Both the position numbers and the translations under genes were made by a program. Below the pieces are notes generated by a model that was not told where the DNA came from, made no database searches, and saw only the letters and a program-made list of their open reading frames with translations. DNA of 64,000 nt from an uncultured bacterium. Lineage in GTDB: Bacteria; Acidobacteriota; Thermoanaerobaculia; Multivoradales; JAHZIX01. Of this stretch, positions 58,220 through 64,000 are shown in pieces; position 1 is the first letter of the stretch; every line of letters starts with the position of its first letter. The stretch covers positions 256,001-320,000 of the forward strand of contig CBDUPA010000001.1 of NCBI GenBank assembly GCA_965368975.1, written 5' to 3'.

Positions 58220-59413
58220 CTAGGCCTTGTTCGACAGCTGCGGTGCGTTGAACGCTGGTATGCCGGTGACCGCCTCGCCGATGATCAAGGCGTGGATGTC
58301 GTGCGTGCCCTCGTAGGTGAACACGGACTCGATGTTCAGCATGTGGCGGATCACCGGGTAGTCGTCGACGATACCGTTGGCACCCAGGATCTCACGCGCC
58401 AGGCGAGCGCACTCGCGTGCCACCCAGACGTTGTTCCGCTTGCCCATCGAGATCTGGTAGTGCTTGATCTTACCGGCGTCCTTGAGCTTGGCCATCTGGA
58501 AGGCGAGCAGCTGTCCCTTGGTGATCTCGGTGATCATCCAGGCCAGCTTCTCCTGCACCATCTGGTGGCAGGCGATCGGCTGACCATTGAACTGGATGCG
58601 CTCGCCAGCGTAGGTCAGTGCCGTATGGTACGTCTCCATGGCCGAGCCGATGCCGCCCCAGGCGATGCCATAACGCGCCTGGTTGAGGCACATCAGCGCG
58701 TTCTTCAGGCCGACCGTCTTGGGCAGCATGTTGTGCGCCGGAATGCGGCAATCCTGGAAGCCGAGTTCCGAAGTCACCGACGCGCGCAAGCTGAACTTGC
58801 CGTGCTGGTCGGACGAGGTGTAGCCGGGCGTGCCCTTCTCGACCAGGAAGCCGCGGACGCCGTCGTCTGTCTGCGCCCACACCACCGCGACATCGGAGAC
58901 CGAGCCGTTGGTGATCCACTGCTTGGAGCCGTTGAGCACCCACTCGTTGCCGTCGCGGCGGGCGGTGGTGCGCATGCCGCCGGGGTTGGAGCCGAAGTCC
59001 GGCTCGGTGAGGCCGAAGCAGCCGATCGCTTCGCCGGAGCCGAGTGCCGGCAACCAGCGCTCTTTCTGCTCGTCCGAGCCGAAGGCGTAGATCGGGTACA
59101 TGACCAGCGAACTCTGCACCGAGACGAAGCTACGCAGGCCTGAGTCGCAGCGCTCCAGCTCCTGCATGATCAGACCGTAGGCGACGTTGTTGAGGCCGGG
59201 CAGGCCGTATTCGTCGATGGTGGCGCCGAACAGGTTCAGTTCGCCCATCTCACGCGCCAGCTCCATCGGGAAGGTGGCTTCGCGGTGACACTCTTCAATG
59301 ATGGGCATGACCCTGTCGTCCACGAAGTCGCGGACGGTCTGGCGCACCAAGCGCTCTTCGTCGGTCAGCAGGGTATCGAAGTCGATGAAATCCACACCGG
59401 GAAAGCGGCTCAA
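58220..59413 (-). CDS. gcdH: Acyl-CoA dehydrogenase, glutaryl-CoA dehydrogenase type
   Basis: ELERCDSGLRS, CFGLTEPDFGSNP, LNQARYGIAWG, ILGANGI, TYEGTHDIH. Confidence 0.9.
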   Translation of the reverse strand: MSRFPGVDFIDFDTLLTDEERLVRQTVRDFVDDRVMPIIEECHREATFPMELAREMGELNLFGATIDEYGLPGLNNVAYGLIMQELERCDSGLRSFVSVQSSLVMYPIYAFGSDEQKERWLPALGSGEAIGCFGLTEPDFGSNPGGMRTTARRDGNEWVLNGSKQWITNGSVSDVAVVWAQTDDGVRGFLVEKGTPGYTSSDQHGKFSLRASVTSELGFQDCRIPAHNMLPKTVGLKNALMCLNQARYGIAWGGIGSAMETYHTALTYAGERIQFNGQPIACHQMVQEKLAWMITEITKGQLLAFQMAKLKDAGKIKHYQISMGKRNNVWVARECARLAREILGANGIVDDYPVIRHMLNIESVFTYEGTHDIHALIIGEAVTGIPAFNAPQLSNKA

Positions 59414-59584
59414 AACGGGATCCTCCGGGAGGGTAGGGTCGGGGTATTTCAGTCAGGGTTTCGGGACGAGCCCTGGAACAGGCGAGATCGCGGCACCCGA
59501 TCGAGACGAGCTTGGGGCCGAGGGGAGATCATAGCATGGGGCAGGCGCCTTCTAGGCAGGGATTTCGCGGTAACATCGGCGGCC

Positions 59585-60643
59585 ATGGACACCGACTTCA
59601 GCACGATCCGCATGCTCGCCGCTCTTCTTGCCGCCATTGGTTTCACCGCCTGGGTCGTGGAGCGTTCGAAGGGGCGGCTGGCAGCGCCAGGGCTGCAGGA
59701 TCCGGGTCGCCGGCTGGTGGCTTTCGCGCTGCTGTGCTGCATGCTGCTGCTGGCGTGTTTCTACCCGCTGGTGTACTGGGACCAGCCACCCGACATCGAT
59801 CCGGAACAGCTCTGGATTCCGTCCCTCTTCCTGGTGCAGACGCTGCTGCTGCTGACGGTCGCCGGCTGGTTCCTCGCGGCCTTCGCTGGGTGGCCCGCAA
59901 CCCGGCGCGTGTGGGTGCGGCCGCGTTCCGTAGAAGATTCGGTTATTGAGCTCTTGGGTGGCGAAGATCTTCGCGCTGAGGGGGCTGAGCCCGAGGAAGT
60001 TGTGGTTTCTGGCGCGGAATCCGTGCAGACTTCGGCGACGGAAGATGCCGATGAGCCGGTCGAGGTTCTGGAACGGGTGCATCAAGGCTGGTGGCGTGAG
60101 CTGCGACGTCAATGTGGCCTGGAGGCGGAGCGTCCAGGCCACGAATTGCTCCTGGGCATCGGGCTCGGAGTGGGCGTCTGGTTCGCGCTGATGGTGACGC
60201 TGATGGTCTTGGGAGGCCTCTTCGTGCTGCTCTTCGGCCCCGACGCGCTACCGGAGCAGGGGGCGGCCGAGGGCGTGATGCTGATCGTCGGCCTGCCGGT
60301 GTGGGTACGCATCGCGCTCAGCGTCGCGGCTGGGGTGAGCGAGGAGATCTTCTTCCGTGGCTTCTTGCAAGCACGCGTGGGGATCTTGGTGGCGTCGTTG
60401 CTCTTCGCCTGCGCCCACTTGAGCTACGGTCAGCCGACCATGCTCATCGGGCTGACGATGCTGTCCTTCGCCTTCGCTTTCATCGTTCGCTGGCGCGGCA
60501 ATGTGCTGGCGGTGATCGTGGCGCACGCCGTTTTCGATCTGATTCAGATGCTGGTGATGATCCCGCTGTTCACGGAATTGCAGGAGATACTGCCGGAGTT
60601 GGAAGAGCTGAGTGGTGCCGCGGTGTTGCTCCTGGGAGGATGA
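59585..60643 (+). CDS. CPBP/Abi (CAAX-like) intramembrane metalloprotease
   Basis: EEIFFRGFLQ, FACAH, AHAVFD; multiple TM segments. Confidence 0.85.
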   Translation: MDTDFSTIRMLAALLAAIGFTAWVVERSKGRLAAPGLQDPGRRLVAFALLCCMLLLACFYPLVYWDQPPDIDPEQLWIPSLFLVQTLLLLTVAGWFLAAFAGWPATRRVWVRPRSVEDSVIELLGGEDLRAEGAEPEEVVVSGAESVQTSATEDADEPVEVLERVHQGWWRELRRQCGLEAERPGHELLLGIGLGVGVWFALMVTLMVLGGLFVLLFGPDALPEQGAAEGVMLIVGLPVWVRIALSVAAGVSEEIFFRGFLQARVGILVASLLFACAHLSYGQPTMLIGLTMLSFAFAFIVRWRGNVLAVIVAHAVFDLIQMLVMIPLFTELQEILPELEELSGAAVLLLGG

Positions 60644-60803
60644 CTTCCGGGCGGGATTCGGTAGGTGTGCGCTCGGAGACCGAATCTGGCCAGAGGCTTC
60701 GGTCTGGCAAGTGGGGGCGATCTGGTAAACTACGTCGCCGGCTCGTCACGATGGCTCCAGCGCTCCAGCGGCCTGACGCGACGCCCAGCAAGCGAAACGA
60801 AAC

Positions 60804-61265
60804 ATGACAACGGCACGGTCACAATTCCAGCTCAAGATCGGCAGTCGCTTCGAGAACATCGATCTCGTGCAGGTGACGCTCGACGACGCCCTGCGAGAGA
60901 TGGGGCTCGACGAGGACGCCCGTCACTGGATCGACTTGGCGGTGCGCGAGGCGGTCGCCAACGCCATCAAGCACGGCAACGGCCAGGATGCTGACAAGCA
61001 AGTACGCGTCACCTGTGAGTTGCAGGACGGTCACCTGGTGATCGAGGTGCACGACGAAGGCGAAGGCTTCGATGCCTCGCAGCTGCAAGATCCGCTGTCG
61101 CCGGAAAACCTGCTGCGTCCGAATGGTCGCGGTATTTTCTACATGCGCAACTTCATGGACGCCATAGACTTCGGCACCTCTCCGAAGGGCGGCACCATCG
61201 TGACGCTGCGCAAGAATCTGGAAGGGCTGACCGACAGCGAAAGCGAGTCGGACGATGCCACGTGA
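60804..61265 (+). CDS. rsbW: Anti-sigma factor kinase (RsbW-like)
   Basis: LAVREAVANAIKHGN, DEGEGFD, GRGIFYM. Confidence 0.88.
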   Translation: MTTARSQFQLKIGSRFENIDLVQVTLDDALREMGLDEDARHWIDLAVREAVANAIKHGNGQDADKQVRVTCELQDGHLVIEVHDEGEGFDASQLQDPLSPENLLRPNGRGIFYMRNFMDAIDFGTSPKGGTIVTLRKNLEGLTDSESESDDAT

Positions 61266-61349
61266 CCTTCGATCAGCCAACCTATAGAACAGCCAACAAC
61301 GGGGCGCCCACCGGAGCCCCTCGACCCTAGTTACGGAGGAAGTGGATTC

Positions 61350-61685
61350 ATGAAGATTGACGTGCACCAGAAGGGCGGGGTCACCGTGTTGGCTCCCAAG
61401 GGCAAGGTGACCATCGGCCAGGGCGACGTGGCTCTGCGCCAGGCGGTTCACGAGGCGCTGGAAGCCGGCGGGCGCAACCTGCTGATGGACCTCGGAGGCG
61501 TCTCGACGATGGATTCCTCCGGCATCGGTGAACTGGTCAGCGCCTACACGACGGTGACCAACCGCGGTGGCAAGCTCAAGTTGCTCAACATGCCGTCGAA
61601 AGTGGCGGACATCCTGCAGATCACGCAGCTGATCACGGTCTTCGAGGTGTTCGACAACGAAGCCGAAGCCATCGCGTCGTTCTAA
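61350..61685 (+). CDS. rsbV: STAS anti-anti-sigma factor (RsbV-like)
   Basis: MDSSGIGELV phospho-Ser motif, GGKLKLL, ITQL. Confidence 0.9.
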   Translation: MKIDVHQKGGVTVLAPKGKVTIGQGDVALRQAVHEALEAGGRNLLMDLGGVSTMDSSGIGELVSAYTTVTNRGGKLKLLNMPSKVADILQITQLITVFEVFDNEAEAIASF

Positions 61686-61720
61686 GGTCCATTCGTGACC
61701 AAGCGCGGCCGTGCTTGTCC

Positions 61721-61780
61721 AGTGACGGGACTGACCTAGTGACGGGACTGACCTAGTGACGGGACGTACCCAGTGACGGG
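61721..61780. repeat. 17-bp tandem repeat (3.5 copies) ending at the next GTG start
   Basis: AGTGACGGGACTGACCT x2, AGTGACGGGACGTACCC, AGTGACGGG. Confidence 0.85.
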
Positions 61781-62663
61781 GCTCGCCGCATGGACACGGG
61801 CGGTCGAAGCCCGCTTGCCAGAGATCCTTCCGCCGGCCGCTGAGCGGCCGGCGGTTGTGCATGAGGCGATGCGCTACGCCTTGCTGTCGCCGGGCAAGCG
61901 GCTGCGTCCGGTCTTGACGCTGACCGTCGCCGAGTTGCTGGGGGGTGGCTTGAGTCGCGGCCGTGGAGAGTGCACGCTCGATCTGGCCTGTGCCGTCGAG
62001 ATGGTGCACGCCGCGTCGCTGGTGCTCGACGACCTGCCGTGCATGGACGACGCCCATCTGCGTCGCGGCCGTGCGACCACCCACCGGGAGTTCGGCGAAG
62101 ACATGGCCTTGCTCGCCGCTTTCGGCCTGCTCAACCAGGCCTTCGCCACCGTCGCCGAGAACGGGCCCAAGCTCAAGCTGCGTCGCTACACCACCGAGGA
62201 CATGGTGCACCACCTGGCGCAGGCGGTCGGCACCCGTGGCCTGATCGGCGGGCAGGCCCTCGACCTTCGTGGTGACCTAGCCGCGATGGACCTGGAGCAG
62301 CTCGAGTACATCCACAGCCACAAGACCGGCGCGCTGTTCATCGCCGCCGGGGAACTCGGCGCCATGGCCGCCGACGCTCGCCGCCGCGACCTCGAATTGA
62401 TCAGCCGCTACGCCAAGAACCTGGGCCTGGCCTTCCAGATCTCCGACGACCTGCTCGACGTCACCGGAAGTGTCGAGGAAACGGGCAAGGACGCCGACCA
62501 GGACCGCGACAAGGTCACCTTCGTCAAACTGCTCGGCGTCGAGGGGGCGCGTACTCTCACCACCGAACTGCTCGGTTTCGCCGTCGACTCGCTGGAGCCA
62601 CTGGGCCCGCGTGCCGAACCGCTGCGCGTTCTCGCCGACTACGTGCGCACGCGCAAGCGTTGA
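61773..62663 (+). CDS. Polyprenyl diphosphate synthase (IspA/CrtE-like)
   Basis: [24 protein letters not shown]...[22 protein letters not shown]. Confidence 0.92.
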   Translation: MTGLAAWTRAVEARLPEILPPAAERPAVVHEAMRYALLSPGKRLRPVLTLTVAELLGGGLSRGRGECTLDLACAVEMVHAASLVLDDLPCMDDAHLRRGRATTHREFGEDMALLAAFGLLNQAFATVAENGPKLKLRRYTTEDMVHHLAQAVGTRGLIGGQALDLRGDLAAMDLEQLEYIHSHKTGALFIAAGELGAMAADARRRDLELISRYAKNLGLAFQISDDLLDVTGSVEETGKDADQDRDKVTFVKLLGVEGARTLTTELLGFAVDSLEPLGPRAEPLRVLADYVRTRKR

Positions 62664-62713
62664 GTTCCGATCCTGGCGCACACCAAGAGGGCCGGTGGTC
62701 CTAATATAGAAGG

Positions 62714-64000
62714 ATGAGCCAAGCATCCGCGCCGCGCGACGACGAAGGTAACTCCCAGGCCCCTCGAGCGCTCGACCAGGTGCGCGCCGAGTTGAAGCGC
62801 TTCGGCTACCTGGATCACGGACTCGAGCGCATGCTGCTGCAGGACGCTCTGCGGCCCCGTCACCTGGCCGGGACCCTGGTCGAATTGCTGTGGAAGGTGG
62901 TGCTCGCCGGCGGCCTCGCCGCCGCTCTGAGCGCGGCTCTGCTGCTCGCCGCGCACAACATCGGCGTCAGTGGACCGCTGCTCACCGAAGCACCGCTCGA
63001 TGTGCTGCCGCTGTGGCTGCATCTCGTGCCGCCGGCCGGCTTCGGTGTCGCCCTGCTCTTCTTGCTGCTCGCGGCCGTGCTGACGTTGACGCTGCGTCGC
63101 CGTTACGTCGAGCGCGAAGAGCGGCTGTGCCTGGCGCTCGCGATCTTCGGCGTCGCGGGCGTGGTGCTCGCCTTGCTCAGCGGTCCGGATGGCATCCTCT
63201 CGACCGTGCGCGACTTCCGTGCCCTCGGCACCTCGGCCTTGGTCATCCTCGCCCTCACCCTGCCGCCGCTGCTCTACCTGCTGCTCGACCTGCTCTACTC
63301 GGGGCTGCTGGCGCTGGCCATCAAGCTGACCGACGAAGCCCCGCACCATCGTCAGCGCACCGGCGCCTGGATCGCCGCCGCCGTCCTGCTCGGCTGCGGT
63401 CTGCTCGTCCTGCCCGCGTGGCTGACGGCCCGGCCCCACGTCGAGACCAGTAGCGCCAAGCGCTCTTGGCCGGCGGTGCCCGGTCAGCGCGTGCTGCTGC
63501 TCGGCATTGATGGGGTGCTGCCAGGTGAACTCGACTATCTACTCCAGCGTGGCGAGCTGCCGACGCTGCAGGCCTGGCTCGCCAGCGGCGAAGCCGCGGT
63601 GGGGCACTACCCTCACCGGCGCCAGGAACCCGCCGTCTTCTGGACCTCCGTCGCTACCGGCCTGCCGGCCAGCGAGCACGGCGTCGCCGCGCTCGACAGC
63701 TTCCGTCCCCTGGGCGTCTCGACCCCGCTCGCCGAGAGCGGCCCCGTCCGGGCCTGGTGGCGCATCGGCCAAGCGCTCGGCGTCGTCGAGCATCGACCCA
63801 TCCTGGCCAACCGTCGCCGTGCCTTCACCGCCTGGGAGCTCGTGGCTCGGGGGGGACGGCCGGTACTCGCCGTCAACTGGTGGTCGACCTATCCCGCCGA
63901 GCCGCTGCCCGGCCTGGTCGTCGCCCATGGTGCCTACCAGCTGCTCTCACACAGGGGCGCGGGTGCTGTCGCCTCCAGTGCCGCGGAACCCACCGCCGCC
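62714..64000 (+). CDS. Membrane protein with alkaline-phosphatase-superfamily (nucleotide pyrophosphatase-like) domain; runs off the right edge
   Basis: Manual translation from ATG 62714: TM segments, then RVLLLGIDG...FWTSVATGLPASEHGV...VNWWSTYPAE. Confidence 0.75.
   Translation, partial: MSQASAPRDDEGNSQAPRALDQVRAELKRFGYLDHGLERMLLQDALRPRHLAGTLVELLWKVVLAGGLAAALSAALLLAAHNIGVSGPLLTEAPLDVLPLWLHLVPPAGFGVALLFLLLAAVLTLTLRRRYVEREERLCLALAIFGVAGVVLALLSGPDGILSTVRDFRALGTSALVILALTLPPLLYLLLDLLYSGLLALAIKLTDEAPHHRQRTGAWIAAAVLLGCGLLVLPAWLTARPHVETSSAKRSWPAVPGQRVLLLGIDGVLPGELDYLLQRGELPTLQAWLASGEAAVGHYPHRRQEPAVFWTSVATGLPASEHGVAALDSFRPLGVSTPLAESGPVRAWWRIGQALGVVEHRPILANRRRAFTAWELVARGGRPVLAVNWWSTYPAEPLPGLVVAHGAYQLLSHRGAGAVASSAAEPTAA

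Noticed and set aside
51228-61780. CRISPR arrays at the 25-bp (51228) and 17-bp (61721) repeats
   Set aside because: The units are directly adjacent with no unique spacers, and no cas genes are present.

Overview
High-GC bacterial chromosomal window. The gene mix (large NAD-GDH, DUF4388, kinase-TPR proteins, DUF1820, N-terminally extended HflX) resembles Acidobacteriota/Thermoanaerobaculia or a myxobacterium-like lineage; this is inference only. Most genes are housekeeping: hflX, pdxH, mscS, S9 peptidase, queE, glmS, nupC, dacB, PP2C phosphatase, GT4s, gdhB, M23 peptidase, PPK2, dcd, glpX, glutaryl-CoA dehydrogenase, rsbW/rsbV and a polyprenyl synthase. The accessory or unusual parts are: (1) a 46.4-55.0 kb block with a lower-GC metallophosphoesterase-NACHT (NLR-like) gene followed by a double-XRE regulator, two divergent TPR-like genes, a small 'WMDPVG' peptide ORF and a perfect palindrome; (2) a Fur-box / CxxC-RGPP arrest-type leader / His-rich ZnuD-like TonB receptor unit; (3) an orphan double-glycine RiPP-like precursor just downstream of a luxE-luxC pair lacking luxAB/luxD; (4) a bacterial Dnmt2-type methyltransferase followed by a REPIN-like hairpin; (5) a QueE with Cx3Cx8C spacing; (6) tandem kinase-TPR paralogs, a VapBC pair and an 8-repeat Ig-like surface protein. 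I saw no rRNA, tRNA, CRISPR array, integrase or transposase. Family calls come from motif recognition by eye; no searches were run.
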